IMG/VR virus record: IMGVR_UViG_3300044681_000281
Location: 11,131 to 75,130 of that record
Origin: a virus
Direction: 5' to 3' (one strand)
DNA length: 64,000 bases
The position numbers were made by a program, and so were the translations under genes. Below are positions 10,734-21,000 of this stretch, one piece after another. Each line of letters starts with the position of its first letter. Positions within the stretch are counted from its first letter, which is position 1. Under the pieces are notes generated by a model. The model did no database searches and had not been told where the DNA came from. It worked only from the letters and a program-made list of their open reading frames with translations.

Positions 10734-10777
10734 AAATGGTACGAAAAAAAAGTCTAAAGGTCAAGGCCCTTAGACTT
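10734..10777 (-). promoter_or_regulatory. Terminator hairpin of the Dps-like gene overlapping a candidate promoter for the ssb-recA-exo-helicase-nrd operon
   Basis: Stem AAGTCTAA..GG/CC..TTAGACTT (10750-10777) followed by T8 on the minus strand; TTGACC-N17-TACCAT on the minus strand. Confidence 0.55.
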
Positions 10778-10803
10778 CTTTAAGTAAAATATTTTGGGGG
10801 AAC

Positions 10804-11169
10804 TTACCTAAGTGTAAGTAAATAAGAGAGTTTGTTGATGGTTGCCAACATTTCATCCCTTATGTTTAGTAAGTCGCTGTCCGTTGGGCTGATCTCCATT
10901 CCCTGTAATGTTTGTCTCACAGTTTTGATCATACCTAATAAATCGACATCCGAAAGATTGTTAATCGTAAGTGTCTTATCCTCATCTTCGAGAATAAACC
11001 TACCGTGTAGACCCATACATGTTTCAACATAGGAATCTATGAGTCCATCCAATGATTCGTAAGCATCACCAATCGCCACGTGTTTTGCATGACTCTTGGT
11101 TTGCCAGTGTAATATCCTTAATTGTGATTGTAGTTCTAAAAAGAACTTTACATTACCATTCAACTTCAT
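10804..11169 (-). CDS. Ferritin/Dps-like four-helix protein (DUF5856-like)
   Basis: LHWQT...H.A....Y....D...E ferroxidase-type motif; C-terminal NIRDEML..INKLSYLLTL. Confidence 0.75.
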   Translation of the reverse strand: MKLNGNVKFFLELQSQLRILHWQTKSHAKHVAIGDAYESLDGLIDSYVETCMGLHGRFILEDEDKTLTINNLSDVDLLGMIKTVRQTLQGMEISPTDSDLLNIRDEMLATINKLSYLLTLR

Positions 11170-11842
11170 TTTCTGCCTCAGGGTCTATCGTAAACGAACC
11201 TCTCATTTCTTTATCGTTATAATCCTCAACATCCTGTTTTGTGATTACATACTCGTTTTTACCACTCGCCTTCATGTCGAGTTGTTTCTGAGAAAAGAAT
11301 TCAGATGGTTTTTGATTAAATGGATAAGAATCCAAAGACCTCATCTCTAATTTTTCTTGTGGAGTCGGTTCTTTCATCGTTTCAATCTTTTGACCTAACA
11401 TATCGATCTTACCAATGACGTTGTCCATTTGTGAGATCTTAGACTCTAAATCATCTAATTTGGAAAATAGGTCACCCATTTTACCAACTATCTCGTCGTT
11501 CTCCCCTTGTTTATCATCTAACTGATTTTTGATGTTTTGAGTCATAGTCACCAAATCAGTAATGTCAATTTCTTCAACATCACCACCTGCGTCTGCCGGT
11601 GCGTCTCCTTCAGGTGCATCTCCTTCAGGTGCCGGTGCGTCCCCTACAGGTGCATCTCCTTCAGGTGCTGGTGCATCTCCTTCAGGTGCGTCCATGGGAA
11701 CATCTTGGAATGGGTCTTCTTCTCCACCCCCACCAGGTAATGCGTCGGGTGCAACTTCTTGCTCCATAATAAATGACTTACCGTAGTTATTAATACTACG
11801 ATGTCTCATTAACTCTTCGTGTAACTTATCCTCTAATTTCAT
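11153..11842 (-). CDS. Acidic hypothetical protein with PEGDAPA repeats and a coiled coil (possible head scaffold/internal protein)
   Basis: 229-aa ORF with a low-complexity linker and a heptad region. Confidence 0.7.
   Translation of the reverse strand: MKLEDKLHEELMRHRSINNYGKSFIMEQEVAPDALPGGGGEEDPFQDVPMDAPEGDAPAPEGDAPVGDAPAPEGDAPEGDAPADAGGDVEEIDITDLVTMTQNIKNQLDDKQGENDEIVGKMGDLFSKLDDLESKISQMDNVIGKIDMLGQKIETMKEPTPQEKLEMRSLDSYPFNQKPSEFFSQKQLDMKASGKNEYVITKQDVEDYNDKEMRGSFTIDPEAENEVEW
11595..11692 (-). repeat. Coding tandem repeat (APEGDAP-like units)
   Basis: TCTCCTTCAGGTGC recurs 4 times on the + strand. Confidence 0.8.
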
Positions 11843-11844
11843 GG

Positions 11845-12048
11845 TTAATCACTTAATAATTGTCTACCGTCCTCGGTAATGTATTTTTTATTAATTCTTT
11901 CAACAAGACCGTCTTTACTACGAATTACGTAGCATTCTCCTGTATTCAAATCACAAACCTCTTGTTCAGTACCCTCCTCATTAAGGTTGGTAATTTTCTT
12001 TCCTCCTAAGAAGTTATCAATTGCGGAACCTACTTTAATATTATTCAT
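11845..12048 (-). CDS. Hypothetical protein, 67 aa
   Basis: ATG ORF preceded by TATTTAT; contains VCDLNTGECY. Confidence 0.7.
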   Translation of the reverse strand: MNNIKVGSAIDNFLGGKKITNLNEEGTEQEVCDLNTGECYVIRSKDGLVERINKKYITEDGRQLLSD

Positions 12049-12086
12049 ATTCTTCCTTTTTATAATAAATATCTCTTTTTACTTAA

Positions 12087-15000
12087 TTATTCAATTTTAA
12101 AGTATACAACGTCACCATCTTTTAATCCTAAGTCTTTCATTAGTAGTTTTGATAGTGTTAAACCGTATACCGATGTTTGTCCGTCTTTGTTGATGCTTCG
12201 TTCTCCCGAGTCCACCGGCCCATTAACATATCTTGTGCCATTGTCACTATTTAATTGCGAATCTGCGGTTACTGTTTTGGACTTATTATTTAATGGGTTT
12301 AGAAACTGTGTGTTTGATGAGAACATTAACTCGTCCACAGTATTCGTACCCCATTTATCGACAAGGAATAGACAAGAATAGAAATACTTATTGCTATTTT
12401 TTATTTCTGACCATTCTAATTTAGACGGTTTAACTGTGTGGTTTTTAACTTTAGTGGGTAGGAACATTGACATAGTATCTGTCATTCCCTCACCCATAGT
12501 AAAAACTCTAGACCTCAACCAAACATTACCCTTATACTTAACCTTTTGGATTGATTTGAAATTGTTATATCCATTAAATGGTACCCCAACTCTTGTATAT
12601 CCAACCTCATTCACCAATTCTTCACCCTCAATTTTAATTCCACCCCTATCTGTTGTGAAAGTACCTTCTGATGTGGTGATAGTTTCTTCAGTAGACACCG
12701 AAGATGCCGAACTAATCTTAGCAACTGCCGAATTAAGTATTTTATCAAATAATACTCGGTAAGACGCGGTAAATGACTCTTTAGGGTCAGGTAACGAATC
12801 TTTAGGTATCCTAACACCTTTAAATCTTGTACTTACACTATTACCTTCTACTCTGTGTGATACTTCCGTAATCCAATACGCACCTTTAAATAATGGAACG
12901 TTTTTGAGTTGGAAATACATTGTGGGTTGAATCATGACATTACCCATTGCTTCGACCTCACATGAGTAAGATCTAGTTTCATAGATGTCATATAAACTAA
13001 TATCAATTTGTCCCGTACCTGAACCCGATTCTGATCTACCTAACCTCTCAATCGCCAAATTACTCTCAAAGGTATTTCTGAATTGAGATTGGTCTAAGGA
13101 AACTGATTTGAATAGTCCTTGGTTTTGATCTCCAAATGCAACCTCGAAAGCAACAACTTTATTTGATTTAGATAATTCTGACGATTCAAAATACTTTGGG
13201 TTAGTAACAAGAAGAGGGTTAGACTGTGGGTCTTCAATATTAAATCCATCATCTAAATAGAAATACTCTTTATTAATGGAGTTTAGATCTAAATGCTTAG
13301 ATGTTCTACCAACATATTGTAAGATAATTTTTGGTGTGGAGTATTCTAAGTCAACCTCTAAGTATTTTCCAAACATCACATTAGCAATGTCTTTGGAAGG
13401 TTTCACTCTGGTCTTATTATTATTGTTCGCATAGAAATTAACATATGCAGGTAATGCCCTAATATCTACATTAGTACGAGCTAAAACCATGGATATGGCA
13501 CCATATAATTCAAGTCCTTGATTCTCGGGTGCTTCCAATCCAATCAATTTTTTAAGATCGATAAAGAAATCATTACCTATGTCTTTATTTGCCTTATCCA
13601 AGAACAGGAATTCCTCCATTAGTAATTTTTGACCTAATGAATTTCCCGCCACCCACTGATCATTAAATTGCTTAAACGTATTGTATAACTGTAACTTTAA
13701 TGGGGTGTCACCATAATTACCGATAATCGATTGGTTATTATTCTCATCTTGATCTCTCTTAAGACCACTTAAACTACTCGTTATTTCTCTGAGTAGAAAA
13801 TCATGTCTTGCTCGATGGGGGGTAATAATGTTAGTAAGCAGGTACTGTTGGAAGGAATCCCTATCGGCAGTTCCACCATTCTTTCTATACCCACCATAAA
13901 TTTTAATTATGGATCTAAAATCATAGGCATTATCTTCAGATAACTCAATATCACTTATTTGGAAAAACTCTCCGTAGTATCCATCTATATCCTCACCAAT
14001 AAAAAGTTCAATATATTTTGAATTTCCCACAACTTGATTCGGATTAAAACTTCCAAAATCTACCAACCGATCTAATTCACGAGCATATGCACTTAAAATA
14101 TGTGAGTCTAACTCTTTAGGGTTTGATATTGTTAGTTTCAAAAGATTATTTGTACCATATATCTCTTCAGTAATTTGTTCGTGACTTAGATTTTGTCTAT
14201 TCGATATGTTTTTAATAACCGTATCTATATTAGTTAGGTCGTCCGAAGTTTCTTTCTTTACTGACGATAACGCCCTAAGTAGATCTTGGAATTTATCGTA
14301 GGTCACTCCCTCGAATTGTTTATACTCACTGTAGGTCTCAACCTTTTCACTAGCGAAGTTTAAGAATGCAGTCTCAAAGGAGTCTAATATATCAGGACTA
14401 AATGTTCCGATTAAATCGATAACTTTTTTATTGTTGGTCCCCATATCAACGAAGTGTTCTCCGTATTGGGGTATGGTTTGTCCTGTTAGTGTGTATTCAT
14501 TAATCTTGAAATTTTTAGAATTTCTAGACCAATTAGTTTTAAAATTAAAAAGAGAGGTATCCGTAAAATCTGATAGGTAATTAAACCTTAACATTCTATC
14601 ATGTGACGGGAGGATAGTATACCTCTGGTCATTACTATCCCATCGACTATTATCGACAAATGAGTTATAGTATGTTCTATCATTACCTCCCGATGGTTTG
14701 AAACCATTTACATAAAGGTATTTGTTTGTAATTGCGGATTCAAATGTCCCACCTGTAGTATCGTTGGGGTCAAAGAATGTATAATCATTTAGTACCTGAT
14801 GGTAAATGGAACTATAGTATGGGTATAAACCCACATGTTCATTTGACGCATATGTTATACCACTGTAAGAAACATTATTACTATTATCGAAAAATGTTTG
14901 AACATTTATATTTTGATCCGCACCGTCAATGATATCAACACCATCAATTAAAAACGTTTTGTATCTGTGGTATATGGATCCCCATTTTAGAATTAAATGA

Positions 15001-17714
15001 TATGGAATATAATGAGACGCACCAACCTCGGTAAAGAGACTACTCATTCTGACCTCTTTACCATCTAACTTAATGTAGTGGGTTAGGTCTTTAAAATCCA
15101 TAGAGTTCAATAGTAGGTAAGAAGAACCTTTGTATTTACCCTCTGCATTTGTATTATGAAAATCTTCGAAAATTTGTTTGTGGAAGTAAGGTGAATTTAG
15201 AATGTGTACATCTTCATCACCCACACCGATATTTCTTTCAAATAAATTTAAAAGGTTACCCCACGCCTTTGGTTCCACAGGTGAAGATATAAACCCTTCA
15301 TTGGTGTTAATTTTAAATAAACCTCTTATATCGATTTCGTCCTTTGTAAACGACTCTTTAGCGATGTAACCCAAATAGGTATCAGAAGTGTACGGGTAAA
15401 TTTTAGTTCTGTACTCTTCATTTGTATAATTAAGAAGTTCCTCCTGTAATTTAGGGTACTCTTCATTTCTATCGGGATTAACCGTAGATCCACCCTTATA
15501 TGATTCTAATTTAAATGATGTACCTCTAAGGTCTTTTAAATAAGATGTGGTTGGTAGTTTATCCTGATAATAAGGATACCTTTCGTAGGGTGAGAATGAT
15601 CTCATTAAATCTCGTAAGGTATCATTACTATTAACCTGTGCCTTTAGAATATCAACAATGTAATAATCTTCTTTAACTAACTCTTGTAAAGTATCAAACT
15701 CTAACTTACCTAATTCACCTAACGTTCCCTCTGTGAATGTGTCGTATAGAGACACGACCTGTGTTCTCTCGTATATCTCGTACATAATAGACGCAAGGTT
15801 CTTATCCATGTACGGTATTGTACCATGAATCACTTTAGTCGTCGAAATAGGTTTTAGACTTTTCTGATCAACATCGTTAGAATCGAACACAAAGACCGTT
15901 GAATTAAATGTCTTCTCTTTGTTCACGAGATTATCAACCTTCAACGTACTAACGGCATAATAATTCTCGACAAAATCAACTTCGGGCCATAAAACCTTAT
16001 TGTCTGAGTTTAACTTTCCAATTAAATCTTTCTCCCCCGGATACGCCAAAACCTTTGAGTTACCCTCACTCACCTTTTTAACTTCGGGCCATGGATAGAT
16101 TGCATTCTTATTTGGTGTCTCACTCTCGAACCCAACTAATATATCCGCCCTTTCCTTACCTACATTGTGTGCTTGTAAGTGGGTACTCTTCATTAGTTTA
16201 ATGTACGTATCCGCATTTGCGAGAATGATACCGAACACATTTCTAATTGTTGGTTCAAAACCAATACCCTTACTCTTATCTACGTAAAACTCATTCATTT
16301 TCTTTTCGACAGCATCTTGTAATTTCAACTTCTGTTCTAAGAATGCTTTGTTTACGTCTAATATTTGTGTAAGTAGTTTATTGATAGCAACTACGTACTT
16401 CCCACTTGATTTTGTATAATAAGGTTCAACTTTCTTTATTGGATTGGTAATACTAATACGTAAATCATTCTTAGTTTTACGATCCTGACCAGAATTGTTA
16501 ACCTTATCAGATGCGGTTTTTAACGCTTTGGTTAACTTTTCATCATACGCCTTTATAATAGATTGTAAAGAACTTCCCGTATCACCAATGAGGAACTTAT
16601 CAGTTGATCCATCACCTTTAGTCATATGAAAGTATTGTTCTCCGTTGTTCTCAGGAATTGTGGTATACTCCGCGGTTAGGTAACGTGTTTTCCATGCTTG
16701 GACCGCACCCCTATATTCTGTAAGAACATCTTCAATCGCCTTAACCTGTGCAAAAATTGACATGTCGGCAACTTCGGAAAATATCATTCTTTCTAATTCA
16801 ACATCTAAGGATTTTGCTTTGGTAATCAACTCCCTAAGAGTCGGATTTACGTCGTCAGGGATATCGATTAAACCCTTTCTTCTATATTCTTGATAAACAG
16901 ATTTAAGTGTTTGATATCCTCGTGATGATTTAGATAGTTTAACTTTAACCTCTCCCGTGGATTCATTAACCTCTCTTTTTTCGGGTTTCTCAATACCGAA
17001 CATATAGGGAGCATTTAACACGGCGGTTAAGGGTATATGATTTAAAAATGCATATGTTGAACCAACGAATTTTGTGGTAATCTCAAAATTACCGTTAGAG
17101 GCATTGAAGGTTGAATTGAAACTGACTAAATGTAGTCTGTACTTAATCGCCTTACCATAGTAACCCTTAATTGTTAAATAGAATATTGGCCATGGTTGAT
17201 GGAAGAAGGCATTGTATGGTGAACTTTTATGAGATTCAAATAACACCTTCCCTCTTACATCAACAAAATTTATTGTAACTGAAGGAATGAAGTTTGTACC
17301 TCTGACCTCAACCGCAACACTTGTTATCCCAAATGACTGACCACTAGAATCCTGATTAGGTACATATGTGTCTTTTATGGGTTTACCTTCTTTATTTAAT
17401 GCATTACTTGGTTGGTTAGTATAGACATCTGTCCAACTTGTATCTAAGTAATCACTATTTTTATTTTGAAGGAGGTTAAGGACACCACTGGCTACGGAAG
17501 TAAGAGTACCTCCACCATCATTTGAACTATTTAGTACTGATCTCGGCACCAAATCTGCCTCTAAATTCAAATAAGTAACAAAGTTCTCTGCGTTAGTCCC
17601 TCTCGGTTCGACGATACCGTTATTTACAACACTATTGGGGTCGATATAAATAAGATTATTTTGATCGACCTTAATAAGAATATTTTCGTTGTTATTTAAA
17701 TCATTCGTCGCCAT
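12087..17714 (-). CDS. Very large baseplate hub-like protein (gp27/gpD-type motifs)
   Basis: 1875 aa; CEVEAMGNVMIQPTMYFQL...GAYWITEVSHR matches the hub G.Y.I..V.H signature; lies downstream of a LysM/gp53-like gene. Confidence 0.6.
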   Translation of the reverse strand: MATNDLNNNENILIKVDQNNLIYIDPNSVVNNGIVEPRGTNAENFVTYLNLEADLVPRSVLNSSNDGGGTLTSVASGVLNLLQNKNSDYLDTSWTDVYTNQPSNALNKEGKPIKDTYVPNQDSSGQSFGITSVAVEVRGTNFIPSVTINFVDVRGKVLFESHKSSPYNAFFHQPWPIFYLTIKGYYGKAIKYRLHLVSFNSTFNASNGNFEITTKFVGSTYAFLNHIPLTAVLNAPYMFGIEKPEKREVNESTGEVKVKLSKSSRGYQTLKSVYQEYRRKGLIDIPDDVNPTLRELITKAKSLDVELERMIFSEVADMSIFAQVKAIEDVLTEYRGAVQAWKTRYLTAEYTTIPENNGEQYFHMTKGDGSTDKFLIGDTGSSLQSIIKAYDEKLTKALKTASDKVNNSGQDRKTKNDLRISITNPIKKVEPYYTKSSGKYVVAINKLLTQILDVNKAFLEQKLKLQDAVEKKMNEFYVDKSKGIGFEPTIRNVFGIILANADTYIKLMKSTHLQAHNVGKERADILVGFESETPNKNAIYPWPEVKKVSEGNSKVLAYPGEKDLIGKLNSDNKVLWPEVDFVENYYAVSTLKVDNLVNKEKTFNSTVFVFDSNDVDQKSLKPISTTKVIHGTIPYMDKNLASIMYEIYERTQVVSLYDTFTEGTLGELGKLEFDTLQELVKEDYYIVDILKAQVNSNDTLRDLMRSFSPYERYPYYQDKLPTTSYLKDLRGTSFKLESYKGGSTVNPDRNEEYPKLQEELLNYTNEEYRTKIYPYTSDTYLGYIAKESFTKDEIDIRGLFKINTNEGFISSPVEPKAWGNLLNLFERNIGVGDEDVHILNSPYFHKQIFEDFHNTNAEGKYKGSSYLLLNSMDFKDLTHYIKLDGKEVRMSSLFTEVGASHYIPYHLILKWGSIYHRYKTFLIDGVDIIDGADQNINVQTFFDNSNNVSYSGITYASNEHVGLYPYYSSIYHQVLNDYTFFDPNDTTGGTFESAITNKYLYVNGFKPSGGNDRTYYNSFVDNSRWDSNDQRYTILPSHDRMLRFNYLSDFTDTSLFNFKTNWSRNSKNFKINEYTLTGQTIPQYGEHFVDMGTNNKKVIDLIGTFSPDILDSFETAFLNFASEKVETYSEYKQFEGVTYDKFQDLLRALSSVKKETSDDLTNIDTVIKNISNRQNLSHEQITEEIYGTNNLLKLTISNPKELDSHILSAYARELDRLVDFGSFNPNQVVGNSKYIELFIGEDIDGYYGEFFQISDIELSEDNAYDFRSIIKIYGGYRKNGGTADRDSFQQYLLTNIITPHRARHDFLLREITSSLSGLKRDQDENNNQSIIGNYGDTPLKLQLYNTFKQFNDQWVAGNSLGQKLLMEEFLFLDKANKDIGNDFFIDLKKLIGLEAPENQGLELYGAISMVLARTNVDIRALPAYVNFYANNNNKTRVKPSKDIANVMFGKYLEVDLEYSTPKIILQYVGRTSKHLDLNSINKEYFYLDDGFNIEDPQSNPLLVTNPKYFESSELSKSNKVVAFEVAFGDQNQGLFKSVSLDQSQFRNTFESNLAIERLGRSESGSGTGQIDISLYDIYETRSYSCEVEAMGNVMIQPTMYFQLKNVPLFKGAYWITEVSHRVEGNSVSTRFKGVRIPKDSLPDPKESFTASYRVLFDKILNSAVAKISSASSVSTEETITTSEGTFTTDRGGIKIEGEELVNEVGYTRVGVPFNGYNNFKSIQKVKYKGNVWLRSRVFTMGEGMTDTMSMFLPTKVKNHTVKPSKLEWSEIKNSNKYFYSCLFLVDKWGTNTVDELMFSSNTQFLNPLNNKSKTVTADSQLNSDNGTRYVNGPVDSGERSINKDGQTSVYGLTLSKLLMKDLGLKDGDVVYFKIE

Positions 17715-18027
17715 AATACAAGTTGTACAAATCTACCCCTCTCTTATAGTCTTGTAGGGCACTTATCAAAGGAAATGGTATTCTTAAAATAAAATTATCA
17801 GGTATATCAAATTCGAGACTTCCCGCACTTGGATTCGCTTGTAAAATCAACCAACCAAAAACAGGTGTGTTATAATATTCCTGTGAAATTTTATCTAACC
17901 TATCTCTACCTCTTTTGAACTGTACATACTTGTCTGTCGACTTTATTGGAATCTCAATTCCTGGCACTATTTTAAAATCTCCATCCTGTTCAAAGAAGTC
18001 ATACCTATTGAAATATTCTCTACTCAT
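17701..18027 (-). CDS. Baseplate wedge LysM-like protein (gp53/tail X-like)
   Basis: RDRLDKISQEYYNTPVFGWLILQANP...LRIP. Confidence 0.8.
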   Translation of the reverse strand: MSREYFNRYDFFEQDGDFKIVPGIEIPIKSTDKYVQFKRGRDRLDKISQEYYNTPVFGWLILQANPSAGSLEFDIPDNFILRIPFPLISALQDYKRGVDLYNLYYGDE

Positions 18028-21000
18028 GGTTTATAGAAATTTAATGTGGTGCCCAATTCAACTTTAGATGATTGAACTTTGCTTAATTCATCCAATTGTG
18101 ATTGATCTGTTATATCGGCCGTTGATAAAATTGTAAATGGATCCATCTTATCTGTTTTTCTAACGGGGTCCTTAGATATTCTAATTTCCTTTTCCTTAGT
18201 TTCTTCAAAGAAGGAATCTACTTTATCATCAATTTTCTTTTTAATTGTTTCATTAAACAATGTCTTATCCTCCAAGTAGATGTCTTTAATTGCCTGTTTA
18301 TTTTCATATAATAATACAGATAAAATATCACTAAGTACAGTTAGATCTACAGATAAAGAATTAAAGTTGAGGGACGTATCTAATTTCTTTGTGAAATTAT
18401 CAGAGTTTTTATTTATGTATTTAATACACTCGTCATAATGATCGTATAGAGTTTCAGATGTAAATCCTTCTAAAGTTGCATCTGTACCCGAACCATCCTT
18501 CACTTTACCGTCCGCAAAGTATTTTGTTAAGTAGTTTAACTTATCTAACTCTAAAGTTAAAAGGTTTCTTTTTGATGAAACTTCTTTTATAGAAGAATCA
18601 CTTATTAATTCGTCTAATTTGTTTTCCACCAATTCTTGTAACTTAGGTCTGAGTATTTTGTTAGATCTATCTATGATGTCTGTGGACATAAATCTATCAA
18701 ACCTCATCATTGTGGAAACATCCTCACTTAAGATAGATGCCACCAATTTTGCTTTAAGGTCGAAGACAAACTTATCGAAACTATTCACCTTACTGAATTC
18801 ACCAAAGAACAATAAATCCGAGGACCCACCACTTGGTCCTTCCACAGTATATGTCGTTACAGTTCTATACTGAGGATCAAAAATCAAAGAATGTACTTGT
18901 GGTCCATACTTTTTTAGTGTAGTACCATATGTTGATTGTAATGTTCTAAAATAATTTTTGGTGTTTTCGAAAACAGAATCAATTATCTTATCATAAGTAA
19001 GTTGGGTCTTCTCATCATCCGCAAAATCACCGATGTAAGATTCCGATATGGTGTTACCCGCAACTTCACCTTCAGGTTCTGACGGTTCTGTTGTTCCTGT
19101 TTTTTGTAATTGTTCTAAAAACTCCTTAGTAAACTCTTCTGCGGTTTTACCGTCAATGGTAGACGTGTTTATAGATCGTGGATCATACATTTCAGTGTTT
19201 GCGAAGAAGTTAGATGATAACGCATTCTGTAATCTCTCCACAGGTTTTGAAAGTCCTTGACCACCAATAAAGTTTACCTGAAGGGTAACATTAGCAATCA
19301 TGGGTTGTACCCCGATTCCCTCAGGATTTAAATCCCACACCCCTTCATCGTATGTTATGTTAACGTCCCTAATAACCACCTTAGAGTGATAAAAATCACC
19401 CACCCTAATTACACAAATTGGTGGTGGTCCAAATGAGGTGTTCCTTGCTCTAATATCCAAGTCTGAAGACACCCCTTTAATTGGTATGGTATCACCAGGT
19501 CTAACACACTGAAGAAGAAACGTCAACCTTGAATTGAGTCCTTCGGGTGTTGTTGAGTGGAACGCAGGTTGGAAATATCTTAATTTTTCCTTTAAACTAC
19601 TGAACTGTACAGGAGACTCCTCCTCCAACACCTTAAAGTAATAACACTCAGAAAGGGTCTTCATGATGATACGTTTCATCTCATCAATAGGTGGTTTCTT
19701 TACTGTTGGGGGTTGATATGTTCCGTCAGGATCTAAGAAGTATTTGGTATCCGGTTTTGGTTTTTCTGGTTGTTTATCTACGGGGGTGTGTTTAAACATC
19801 ACCGTACTTTGTCTACAGTAAAATGTTGCGGGGGCGGTTCTTTTTATTGCCTTACTTGAGAGGAGTTCTCCTCCATGACAGTCGACATTTACTTCTCCAC
19901 CACCTAAGGTGTTTGCATCGATTTTATTATTCTCACCAATACTATCTGTTTTTATAATTAATTCACCCTCAATACCCTCGTACCCCAATTCTTTGAACGT
20001 AATTTTATTATCACGAGCAACACTTGTCGTTCCATCAGAAGGTACAGTGGTCGACCAACCTATATCATTCCTACCACTTTTTGAAATTTTAGTTACTACG
20101 TCTAATAATATACTATGGGTTCTTCTTAGAGATAACTTAACGTTATAGTCATCATCGGCAACTGAAGAGGTACTAGATACTACATTAACTTCTAATTGTT
20201 TAATTTCCCCCGCCTCAATTTTAGTTTTCAATTCTTCAATATGATTTTTATAACCCTCAAAGTTTTGTTTTAATTTTTCAAAACCTTTTTTGGCTCTTTC
20301 CATAACCATATCTTTATCTTCTTGGGTACCGGTAACATCTGTCCTGCCGTAGATAACCTGTTTGTCGTTTTTCTTTGCTGCGGTTTCCGTACCACTAAAC
20401 AAAATATTCAACCCATCACTCAAATCTTTCATATAGGTCCCATCACTAGGATTAGTGGTAGAACCCGATGTATCAATATACGTATTGTACAGATCCTCAT
20501 ATAAGTGTTCGGACTGTACCTTTGGATTTACCTTTGGGTAATCGTTTCTAAAATATAATGTTACCGTTTCAGTAATAGGTTCTTGATTTATTGGGGATGG
20601 GTCGGGTTTATCAATTATCTCAGTCTCGGTTCTTATTTTATATTTTTTAATAACCTCAGGATCTGTACCACCCTCTAAATAATCTTTAATTCTATCAATA
20701 TCCTCTCTTGTCAGTGTTGTATATGTTCTAATTAATGAATAGAAGTCGATTTCTTCACAACCCGCGAAAAACGCATTAATGTAATTGTCCGCCTCTTCAT
20801 CTGACATATTTTTGAATGCCTTTTGTACTAAAAGATTTAATACACTTGGGTGGTCAACAACAACCTTAAATGATATTTGACCTGATCTAGATGTATTTTG
20901 ATATGTGTAGATTGGTTCAGGTCTTCCAATGAAGTTGTTTTCATCCCACCTAGCGTTGTTCTGTTCAGATACTTTCAAATCATACGGTGGGAACCACATA

